A stretch of 63,796 nucleotides of DNA, the filler included, from Octopus bimaculoides (taxonomy: Eukaryota): the NCBI RefSeq assembly GCF_001194135.2. It is 6 parts of 6 records of this genome, joined end to end, with 100 filler letters (N's around TTAATTAATTAA, not from the genome) between each part and the next. Parts side by side here need not be neighbours in the genome. Positions count along the whole stretch, not along the records: positions 44,965 to 55,416 come from NC_069007.1; positions 55,517 to 60,672 come from NC_068983.1; positions 60,773 to 63,796 come from NC_068982.1; 3 more parts are not named here. One strand, written 5' to 3'. Position 1 is the stretch's first letter, and every line of letters starts with the position of its first letter. This document shows positions 53,941 to 63,796 of the stretch, one piece after another. A model generated the notes under the pieces. The model ran no database searches. It saw only the letters and a program-made list of their open reading frames with translations, and was not told the origin of the DNA. A program made the position numbers and the translations under genes.

Positions 53941-54229
53941 TATTTCGGCCAGAGTTCTTTAACAAAATTAAATTAAATACAAAAAACAATAAAAAAGTAG
54001 GTATAAACACATGAACAAATAAATAAATAAAAACAAAAATAAACGCACATGTATTAACAGAGGATATAGATAGTACAAGCACTCCCCATACACACACATG
54101 CACTTACAAAAACATAGACACACATTGAGGGATACACATGCGTAGACACATACAATAGGAATACAAAATACAAAATGGCTGATAGTTAGCAAGGAGGGAC
54201 ACACATATAAGAAAGAAGAAAGCAAAGGA

Positions 54230-54269
54230 CCACTGATGAGGTCACAGAAGTGTGATGAAAGAACTCTGG
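54230..54269 (+). ncRNA. Minimal type I hammerhead ribozyme motif
   Basis: CCA-CTGATGA-G-GTCAC(agaagt)GTGAT-GAAA-G(aa)C-TC-TGG. The CUGAUGA and GAAA cores are intact. Stem II is 5 bp, stem I is CCA/TGG, stem III is 2 bp, and the predicted cleavage triplet is CUC (after 54266). Confidence 0.5.
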
Positions 54270-54573
54270 CCGAAATAGGATTAATGTAATGTAATGTAAT
54301 ATAAAGCTGAAGCAAATTAACACCAAATATACAGTGCGTGTGTTTTTACTGGCTAAACTGGCAACATGACCATCCCCAAGTACAACAACATTTTTTTAAT
54401 ATTTACATCTAAACGAAGGCAGAATGCTTAGCAGCATTTCACCCATCCTTACGAAGCATTTTGTCCAGCATACGAAAAGTTCTGATGAAATACAATACAG
54501 TTTATTCCTTCTTTCGTTCTTTTTCTGTTTCTTTTCTTCTTTCTTCCTTCCTTTCACCAAACATTTGGATAAT

Positions 54574-55064
54574 TTACACTTGATTGGAATAAATTCCGCA
54601 TCCACATGCCACTGGCACCATTTCCAGTTCTGACTGGTACAAACCAGTCACAGTGTTGAGGCGGAAAATCTGCATGTCTTTGTAAATGGTACGGCATTCC
54701 TTCAGAAAGTTGCTCATTTCAGCACACTTGCCACACAAACACTTGGCGACTTTGATGTCTTGAGGAACACGGTTCAAGTCTCTGTTGATTACGTACCTCC
54801 AGGGGCACAGTGCCAACTTGTTGACATCCTCGTTAGATGCATTAATACTGCAAGATTTCTTTCTCATTGCTTCGTCTACATTGCTGGATAACAAACTGCT
54901 GTTACACACCTGAGATTGCCCTGACGCATAGGTAAGGTTCGACAGCAAGGGAACATCTGGTACCATATTTAATTCATGTTCACTGCGTGGAGTTTGGTCC
55001 ACAGGAATTGTTGCTGCCATTATTGTGGGTTGCATAAGTGTGGACTGCAACAGAGGAATACAGA
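54574..55064 (-). CDS. IL17-like: IL-17-like gene 2, main coding exon
   Basis: ORF 54574..55050 has ALCPWRY, DLNRVPQDIKVAKCLCGKC, CRTIY and VPVACGC, the IL-17 cystine-knot pattern. There is an in-frame stop just upstream (TAA at about 55071-55073), so it needs a splice acceptor. Candidates are CGTCAG| (exon starts 55064, phase 1) or TTGCAG| (exon starts 55044, phase 0, with CTAAC about 27 nt upstream). Confidence 0.9.
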
Positions 55065-55330
55065 CTGACGGTTAGGAAATCAAAAAAAATACGTTGCCAT
55101 TGGGTTTGTTCTAGAATTTTCGGTCCTTAAATTACCAATTCACTGCACTCTCCGAACTCTTGCTCATAAACTCTACTTTACCAGATCGTTACTTTAATGT
55201 CTACGTTTCCATGTTAAATGATGAACAACTGATTATAAAAGTACAAATACAAATTTATGTGTGTGTGTTTGTATTGGCATTTAACTCTGAGAATTCGATA
55301 TCTACCTGGATATCATACCCCTCCTCTTAC

Positions 55331-55382
<52 letters not shown>

Positions 55383-55594
55383 TATATAAATTTATATATA
55401 TATACATACATATATGNNNNNNNNNNNNNNNNNNNNNNNNNNNNNNNNNNNNNNNNNNNNTTAATTAATTAANNNNNNNNNNNNNNNNNNNNNNNNNNNN
55501 NNNNNNNNNNNNNNNNTAATATGAATAGTAATTGGTTTCAACTGATGGAAATATTCAATTAGAAAAATATATTTATTTCCTAACACAGTTTCAC

Positions 55595-55613
55595 CTGTCT
55601 TTAATGAGTTCAT
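55595..55613 (-). CDS. IL17-like: Candidate first coding exon of IL-17-like gene 2 (MNSLKT-V)
   Basis: ATGAACTCATTAAAGACAG|GTGAAA is phase 1 and joins the 55064 acceptor to give MNSLKTVCIPLLQSTLMQPTIMAATIP (169 aa total). TATATAA at 55715-55709 lies about 96 nt upstream. It lies across an artificial scaffold join (55417-55516), so this is tentative. Confidence 0.35.
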
Positions 55614-56769
55614 CCTCAAAAGATAAAAACTTTAAAAAGTAAATAAATCAGCATAGTATTTTTTCGGCACAAAAGAAAAAAAATTGCATAATTTTCATTT
55701 CATTTTTGTTATATAAATACAAACAAAACACAATACATCGGGAGTGGTGAATAATTGAGACATTTCTACTTTTCATTTTCTGTGTTTATATTATTATTCA
55801 CAGCGCCATTTCAAAACTAAACTACTCAAATGAAATATTCATTTTTTTAATAAAGTTTCGCTGTCATACATATATATATGTGTATGTGTGTGTGAGTGTG
55901 TGTGTGTGTGTGTGTGTATATATGCATGTGTGTGTGTTTGTGTGTGTCTGTGTGAGTGCGTGTGCGTGTGTGTGTGTTTATGCATGTATGCATGCACGTA
56001 TTTTTATATGTGCTTGCATGCTGGTGCATCTGCATATTTCTATCTTTGCATATCTCCGTCTCTCTCAATCTCTCTCTCTTTCTCTCTCTCTCTCTNNNNN
56101 NNNNNATAAAGCTAAGGATGCGAGGTTTTTCCAGGACATTTATAAGGAAAAAGATATATAGTCTTACACCTGTTTCTGGGATATTATACATATCCCTTCA
56201 TGAGCACTTAGCGTTAACTGTCACGCTTTGGGTCTTCTAGATACCAATACCTCTCATATATGTATATATACCCCCACCACCTATATGCTGCATACGCGCA
56301 TTCCTTCCTACTCACTAGACCTTTTGACCTCATCTCCCCATTCCTCCTTCACTCTATATGCTCATCCCCTCTATCCTGTAAGATCAACTGACCATAAATA
56401 TACCGCTACCATCCTCCACCTCTGTCTCTCCTTTATCCCCTTTCACACTCTGTCTTCATGATTTGACCTAATTACCGCTCACTTTTCACTTGACTTGGCC
56501 ATTCTTCAAGTAAACAAGCAAAAATCCATCGCAGTATGGCATATATTTACCTCTGCTATCTACGCTATATCAGCCTTCGCTCCAACATATATTTCCGGAT
56601 TATCCCCACAAGGATTACATTACACGGATTTCTACACGGATATTTACTACTGGAATGAAACTACACTTCAAGTACTGTTCTCTCTTTTTTCAGCGCATCA
56701 CACTCTTTACCACTTCATACTAAAAATATCCGCGTATGGATATAATAATAGATTACTTTATTTTTTTCT

Positions 56770-56818
56770 GTCTCCGATGAAGGGAAGTACTGGATCTTCC
56801 CAGAAACAGCTGTAAGAC
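56770..56818 (+). ncRNA. Degenerate minimal hammerhead motif at a Penelope-type 3' end
   Basis: GTCT-CCGATGA-A-GGGAAG(tactggat)CTTCCC-A-GAAA-CAGCTG-TA-AGAC. 6-bp stem II, palindromic ACAGCTGT stem III, GUA triplet, stem I GTCT/AGAC. U4 is mutated to C. Confidence 0.5.
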
Positions 56819-57318
56819 TTTATCCATAAAATACTTCTCCAACCTTACCATTGCTCTCTTTATCTTTTTATATATTTACACACACACACACANNNNNNNN
56901 NNNNNNNNNNNNNNNNNNNNNNNNNNNNNNNNNNNNNNNNNNNNNNNNNNNNNNNNNNNNNNNNNNNNNNNNNNNNNNNNNNNNNNNNNNNNNNNNNNNN
57001 NNNNNNNNNNNNNNNNNNNNNNNNNNNNNNNNNNNNNNNNNNNNNNNNNNNNNNNNNNNNNNNNNNNNNNNNNNNNNNNNNNNNNNNNNNNNNNNNNNNN
57101 NNNNNNNNNNNNNNNNNNNNNNNNNNNNNNNNNNNNNNNNNNNNNNNNNNNNNNNNNNNNNNNNNNNNNNNNNNNNNNNNNNNNNNNNNNNNNNNNNNNN
57201 NNNNNNNNNNNNNNNNNNNNNNNNNNNNNNNNNNNNNNNNNNNNNNNNNNNNNNNNNNNNNNNNNNNNNNNNNNNNNNNNNNNNNNNNNNNNNNNNNNNN
57301 NNNNNNNNNNNNNNNNNN

Positions 57319-57362
<44 letters not shown>

Positions 57363-57974
57363 ATATACATATACACACACCCCGACCACATATACATACA
57401 TATATATATTGCAGTATATGCATTTTATATGAGCGACCGTAAGTATCATATATATAAATATGTTGCCTATGCATTAAAACATATATGGACTTTCCATTTG
57501 TACATGATTAAGTAACGCATTCCACATATATGTACGTATCTATCTGTCTATCTATCTATACAAAGACACACATGTATATATATGAGGAGGGGTATGTGCA
57601 TTATATGGACAGCTAGCAAGAAGATAAAAAGCACCAACTTCAGCATGAGACTCTTTTGGTTTCTGTTAGTAAGCTTTAGCAGAAAATCCCTTGCGATTTT
57701 CTTTACAGTATGCATTTATATATACGTGATAAATATATAACGAACAAAAGAAAATAAATTATATCATTGATACCAACATCAATGAATAATATCTCTTTCC
57801 TTGTGTGTAGTTATATACATTCCGAGTAAATGTTCATACATTTTTAGATTTATTCCAGAGATGCGCAAAAAAACGTCCAGCCCAAATCTTGTTATGCTTC
57901 GCTGTGTGGAAAATCATTTTGATGGTCAAGACCAATTCTAGTGTTGTATGTGCTTGTATGCAGTATATGCTGTA

Positions 57975-58196
57975 TACGAGGGTGTGCAGAAAAGTTCTTT
58001 ACTTTGGGTAAAACAATTTACAGGAAGATCGGTTAATTATGATTTTATTAAACATATTCCACTCTCAGGTTCACACACTTATTGCAGCGATCAGTCAGAT
58101 TTTGCTATGCCCTGGAAAAGAACTCGTAAAGTTAGGCTTCCAATGAGGCCTTTCGCGGCACCCTTAAAGCCAGGAACTTTTCAGCACCTCCCCGTA
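57975..58196 (-). mobile_element. Mariner internal-deletion derivative
   Basis: TIRs TACGAGGGTGTGCAGAAAAGTTC / GAACTTTTCAGCACCTCCCCGTA (19/23), with TA on the left. The minus strand retains a frameshifted mariner transposase C-terminus (EFFSR..NLTDRCNKCVNLRVEYV*). Confidence 0.8.
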
Positions 58197-59669
58197 TGTG
58201 GAGGCTCATGGATTTATCATTAGAGTGTCAGACTCATAATCGTAAGACTGTGGTTTCGAATCATGGATAGCATGACGCATTGTGTTCTTCAGCAAAACAC
58301 TTCATTTCACTTTTCTCAAGCTCAGTCAGTTGGTGAAAATAAGTAATCTTGCAACTTTAGTGATCATAGGTATCGGAATGGAGGCTGCTTCGATGTTGCC
58401 TATATATATGTGTTCGTGTGTGTGTGTGTGTGTGCGTGGTGTACGTTCATGCATGAGAAGCGGGTGTATGTTGCTTCGTATATGTCTGCATTAGTTGAAT
58501 ATATTCTGATACGTATATGTAATTTGTGAGTATGTTACTAAGCGTTTATGTGTGTGTGTATGTGTGTGTATATGGTCGTGTGCACGTGCATATGCTTGTA
58601 TGTGTGCTAGCGCTCGTGCGTGTGTGCATGCACGCGCAATATAATGCAAGCATTCTGGACATAGCTGGATGTTTTGTTGCCATAGGGAAATGTGTTATAT
58701 TCAAATCTTAATTTGACCACTGAATCAAGTTCATTGTGAAGTCCATTGGAAGCAACAGGCAAATAAAGGCGGTTAACAAAACAGAACAACACAATGTCTC
58801 TCTAATGACTGTTATTATGGAAGCGGGGTGGGGTTGAATTGTAAAAATCTGTAGGGCATCGGAAATATTTGTCGATGGATCTTCCTGTTCTGCGTTCAAA
58901 TCACAACCAATTTTATCTTTTATTTTCCCATTGTGAGATCGATGAAATGAGGTAACAGTGAGTTTCTGGTATCAGTATAAATGCTGGTTCCCCCCCCCCC
59001 TCAAATGCGTGACCTTGTATCTGTGTTAGAACACAATATTATTCCGAACAGTGAACGGCTATAGGACATCTAAGAATTACCAGATAATTTATATCTCATT
59101 ACGTTCTTCTAACATAACATCGATTGTTTTTTATAATCGACAGTGTTATTCAAGCTACAAGTATTGTAACCTGAGAAAACTCCACACGTTCGCTTCTCGC
59201 ATCAGAAATAGTAGTCGCATCTACCTCAAATCAATTACAACTGTCTGGTTAAAACAAAAAGGGTCTTAGCTTGAATATATTTACATATAAATTAGTTCAA
59301 TTAGGTTTTAACTAGCTTCAAACAATAGTATAAACAGTAATAAGAAACATTACCAGCTTAGGCAAAATAAATTCTTTCGCATAGCGAAATAGGATACATC
59401 GATTGTACCCTAATTTCAATCAGGAAATGGTGTAAAAAAACGTCCATTTTGAATTGGTTGTGCATGTGAAGTAGATACATATATACCTATCATGAAATAT
59501 AAATCATGTCATTCAGAGTGGTGGTAAAAATATAAGCTCTTTGATAAAGTATGTAATAGTATGGTTTAAATCGTCATTGCAATTTTATTAAACACTTTTG
59601 ATATAAAATTACTATTTCGCGTACTAAACAACACACAGCTTTAAACAGGTATATATTTTTAAAATTCTT

Positions 59670-60035
59670 TTCCTTGTTTCAGTTATTTGACTGCAGCCAT
59701 GCTGGAACACCACTTTTAGTCGAACAAATCGATCCCAGGACTTATAGTTTGTAAGCCTAGTTCTTATTCTATCGGTCTCTTATGCCGAACCGCTATGTTA
59801 CAGGGACATAAACAAATCAACATCGTTTGTCAAGCGATGGTGGGGGAACAAACACAGATACAGACACGCACACACACACACCCACATGTAAACGAAGGGG
59901 CTTCTTTCCGTTTCCGTCTACCAAATCCACTCACAATGCTGTGGTCGGCCACTTGCCCAAGGTTCCACACTGAGAGATTGAACTCGGAATAACGTAGTTG
60001 GGAAGCAAGCTTCTCACCACACAACCACGCCTACA
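59670..60035 (-). mobile_element. SINE family A copy
   Basis: Both halves align by eye to 62511-62916. Confidence 0.85.
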
Positions 60036-60621
60036 CATAGTCATGTTCGTTTGTCTGTTTATTTAAACGATTCTGAAAGTAGTTACAGAAAAGATCGATT
60101 GTCGATATTTGCTGTAATATTTTGCTGTAAGGCGATGGAGAAAGTTCTGAGTTATGTGTCAAATACTATAGTTTCAATTAAGGACACATTATTAACGAGA
60201 AGGCATTCGTATGGTGGTTGTACACACATATACACACAAACACACACACACATATACATGCACACATACGCAACATACATGCGCGCGCCACACGTACATG
60301 TTCATACATCATCTGGTGATGCACCTGGAAATACCACTGTTGATGTGTACAGGTGCATCACGGGATGATATATAGATTAAACTATGTGTGTGCGTGTGTG
60401 TTTGCGTGCGTGTGACGTGTGTTGGAGAGAGAAAGAGAGAGAGAGTGTGTGTGAGAGAGAGGGCGACAGCAAAATAAGCTCGCTGTAGATAGCAAAGAAT
60501 AGAGCTCAAATGAATATGAACTTAAATGCTAACATCCTCGTTATAAGAGTGTGGGTGTGTATGTATGTATGTATGTAGGTATATATACATACATACACAC
60601 ACACACACGCGCACACACACA

Positions 60622-60672
<51 letters not shown>

Positions 60673-60772
60673 NNNNNNNNNNNNNNNNNNNNNNNNNNNN
60701 NNNNNNNNNNNNNNNNTTAATTAATTAANNNNNNNNNNNNNNNNNNNNNNNNNNNNNNNNNNNNNNNNNNNN

Positions 60773-61230
60773 CAGCTCGCCGCCTTAACTGACCACTTTA
60801 TATTAATATCAAATTTTGACACAAGTCCAGCAATTTCGGGGAGGGGGTAAGTCGATTGTGTCGACCCCAGTACTTGTCTGGTACTTATTTTACCGAGTCT
60901 GAAAAGATGAAGGGCAAAGTCAACGTCGGCGGAACTTGGAACGTAAAGACGGACGAAATGCCGCTAAGCATTTTGCTCGGTGTGCTAACGATTCTGCCAG
61001 CTCGCCGCCTTAACTGACCACTTTATATTAATATCAAATTTTGACACAAGTCCAGCAATTTCGGGGAGGGGGTAAGTCGATTGTGTCGACCCCAGTACTT
61101 GTCTGGTACTTATTTTATCGACCCCGAAAAGATAAAAGGCAAAGTTGGCCTCGACAGAATTTGAACTCAGAACTTAAGCATTTTGCCCTGTGTGCTAACG
61201 ATTCTGCTAGCTCGCCGCCTTAACTAACCA
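60773..61230 (-). mobile_element. Tandem array of family B SINEs
   Basis: Units start at 60773, 60998 and about 61208. Positions 60773-60892 are identical to 60998-61117. Confidence 0.85.
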
Positions 61231-61814
61231 CCGCATATTACAAGTGATTTCTTCTCTTGTGTCAAAAAAGGATGATTCTATACCGGCTAGAATTAGCACC
61301 CAAATTCGCAATAAGCAGCAGTCAAATCTGCTTCAGATCATACATTACTCTCTTAAATACAGCTATTGAAGACTAACTTATCTATATCGTACTCGTCAAC
61401 TTCGATGGAGCTAAGAAACTAGAAGGTAGAACTGCTTCCTTCCTCCTGACCACATTAACATTTTTTTATAGAACGACATTGAATAAAAGACAAGACGGTT
61501 TTGGGTAGAACGTCTTTGGCCGTAGATATGGCACAGAGCTAATCAGCATCAACTGTACTACTTGAATGCATTTCCATAAAAGTTTCGTATATTTGCATGT
61601 GTATATATCAACAGGATTTCAACGTCGTTGAGGCTGTTGTTGTTGTTTGTTGTTGAATCAACCAATACCGCACACATTCTACGTAAAACACTTTCAATAC
61701 AGTGAAAATAAGATCACCACAACATCCACAAAACATACCCAAGGCACACAGAGCTGCGCTCGGTAGTGCAGTGAAAGCACGTGATAAAAATAAGACTAAT
61801 AATAATAATAATAA

Positions 61815-62030
61815 TGGTCTCAAATTTTAGCAAAAGGCTTGAAATTTCGGGAGAGGGGATAAGTCGATTATGTCGCCCCAGTGATCAACTGGTGCTTATT
61901 TTATCGACGCCGAAAGGATGAAAGACAAAATTGATCTCGGGAGAAATTGAATTCAGAACGTCAGCCGGAAGATATGCTGCTAAGCATTTTGCCTGATGCT
62001 TTTCGAATCTGCCAGAAGGCCGCCTTGATG
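61815..62030 (-). mobile_element. SINE family B copy
   Basis: Reverse complement match with an (ATT)n tail. Confidence 0.8.
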
Positions 62031-62080
62031 GTGATGATAATAATAATCCTTTCTACTGGAAACACAAGNNNNNNNNNNNN

Positions 62081-62240
62081 NAGGAGGAGGAGGAGGAGGA
62101 GGAGGAGAAGAAGAAGAAGAAGAAGAAGAAGAAGAAGAAGAAGAAGAAGAAGAAAAAGAAGAAGAAGAAGAAGAAGAAGAAGAAGAAGAAGAAGAAGAAG
62201 AAGAAGAAGAAGAAGAAGAAGAAGAAGAAGAAGAAGAAGA
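62081..62240. repeat. (AGG)n/(AAG)n purine tract
   Basis: Direct inspection. Confidence 0.95.
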
Positions 62241-62510
62241 ATCTGCCACAATGTCTTACAAAGCAGGAAGCCACAATAGTTGGCTTAGAAAACAAAGCCA
62301 GGAAATGATAATAAGGATTTCTAATATAAGCAAAACTCCCCCCGTTTTAAAGAAGGGGTGTGGTCGACTGAATCGATTCAAGTGTATTACAGGTATCTAT
62401 TTTAAATACTAATTGCGAAATACACAAGGTCATGCATTATGGAGAAGGGATGTGGTCGATTGGATCAACTCTAGAGTATTACTGGTATATATTTATTTTA
62501 AATACTCTAC

Positions 62511-62916
62511 TCTTTTACTTTTTACTTGTTTCAGTTATTTGACTGTGGCCATGCTGGAGCACTACCTTTTAGTCGAGTAAATCGACCCCAGGACTTATTC
62601 TTTGTAAGCCTAGTACTTATTCTATCGGTCTCTTTTGCCGAACCGCTAAGTTACGGGGACGTAAACACACCACCATCGGTTGTCAAGCGATGTTGGGGGG
62701 ACAAACACAGACACACAAACATATACATACGCATACACATATATATACATATATACAACAAGCTTCTTTCAGTTTCCGTCTACCAAATCCACTCACAAGG
62801 CTTTGGTCGGCCCGAAGCTATAATAAAAGACACTTGCCCAAGATGCCAAGCAGTGGGACTGAATCCGGAACCATGCGGTTGGTAAGCAAGCTACTTACCA
62901 CACAGCCACTCTTGCA
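62511..62916 (-). mobile_element. tRNA-derived SINE, family A (full length, internal microsatellite)
   Basis: Head on the minus strand TGGCTGTGTGGTAAGTAGCTTGCTTACCAACC...GGTTCCGGATTCAGTCCC with A/B-box-like motifs. Conserved 3' half ...GGGGTCGATT..CGACTAAA..CCAGCATGGCC..CTGAAACAAGT. Shared with many copies in the window. Confidence 0.9.
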
Positions 62917-62949
62917 AAAATAAGTAAAGTCGATCTCTGACGGATGACA

Positions 62950-63160
62950 TTGGTTTCAAATTTTGGTACAAAGCCAACAATTTGGATAAGAAAAGGTTAA
63001 TCAGTTATATTGATCCTGGTACATGACTAGCAATTTATATTTTCGACTCCGATGGGATGAAAGCCAAAGATGACCTCGGTAGGATTTGAACTCAGAACAT
63101 AAACAGCCGAAAGAAATGTCGTTAAGCATTTTGTCCGACGCCTTAACGATTGTGCGATAA
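62950..63160 (-). mobile_element. SINE family B copy
   Basis: Reverse complement match to family B. Confidence 0.75.
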
Positions 63161-63751
63161 CGATGATAAACAAGTCATAATAATGGCTAGCAATAAAATC
63201 TCCGCTGCTGTCATCACCGACCCATGACAACAACAACAATAGTAATAATGTATTGCTCGACATGATATTGTTCTATTGAACTGGCATGTCAATTTCTTTT
63301 GACGTGATGGTTGCACATGATGTAGACTGAAGAAGACAAAGAAGAAGACTAAGGGTAAGGAGGGAGTGCGAAAGTATGAAAGGAAGTAAGGATCAGTGCT
63401 GTCAAGAATGAGAGACACCTGTGCAAACATATGTATTTATTTGTAAAGCAGATCTACGCCTTTAATTCTCTATTTTCTCCAACAAATCCTTTGACAATTA
63501 ACACTTCTCTGATTATCCCCCACCTCCTGCCTTTCTCTCTCTTTCTCCCTCACCTCTCACTCTCTGCCCTTTCTGCTTCTTTCTCTCTCTGCCTCTCTCT
63601 CTCTCTCTCTCTCTGCCTCCCTCTCTCTCACTCTCTCTCTCTCTCTCTCTCTCTTACTCTTTTTTATCTTCCTTCTAAATGATGACTTCCTTAGCAAATA
63701 TTGCATCTATATATGTATGCCTACACACACACATATATTTGCGTGTATACA

Positions 63752-63787
<36 letters not shown>

Positions 63788-63796
63788 TATATATAT

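Larger units (their letters stand above)
53663..54400. mobile_element. Penelope-type insertion with 134-bp inverted arms between the two IL-17-like genes
   Basis: Arms 53827-53960 and 54258-54391 are reverse complements with 1 mismatch (53918/54300) around a 297-bp spacer. A hammerhead-like motif sits at the spacer/arm junction. A 16-bp direct repeat ATTTACATCTAAACGA at 53647-53662 and 54401-54416 is a candidate TSD. Confidence 0.65.

Noticed and set aside
55071-55100. ATG GCA ACG TAT TTT TTT at 55100 as a single-exon start for gene 2
   Set aside because: It hits TGA after six codons. Restoring the IL-17 frame needs both a frameshift and removal of a TAA, so splicing is more parsimonious.

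Overview
Eukaryotic, very AT-rich draft-assembly DNA, saturated with microsatellites and repeats. The repeat complement and gene content look like a cephalopod (Octopus-type) genome; this is inference. About a fifth of the window is N. Five artificial 100-bp joins (N44-TTAATTAATTAA-N44) split it into six scaffold blocks, so adjacency across those joins is not sequence-proven. The only host genes I can support are two divergent interleukin-17-like genes arranged tail-to-tail at 52-55 kb. The + strand gene has a reconstructable two-exon CDS: a 24-nt exon 51984-52007 and exon 52733-53212, giving 167 aa with a signal peptide. The - strand gene has its main exon at 54574-55064/55044; its first exon is uncertain. 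The 1.36-kb interval between the two stop codons contains a Penelope-type insertion. It has near-perfect 134-bp inverted arms, a minimal hammerhead-ribozyme motif, a candidate target-site duplication and a poly(A)-signal architecture mirrored on both strands. This is the most interesting structure in the window. The rest is tRNA-derived SINEs of several families, an internally deleted Tx1/L1-type LINE, Penelope-like and CR1-like relics, other hammerhead-bearing Penelope ends, Tc1/mariner MITEs, foldback repeats and simple repeats. Almost all ORFs in the supplied track are microsatellite or N-gap artefacts.
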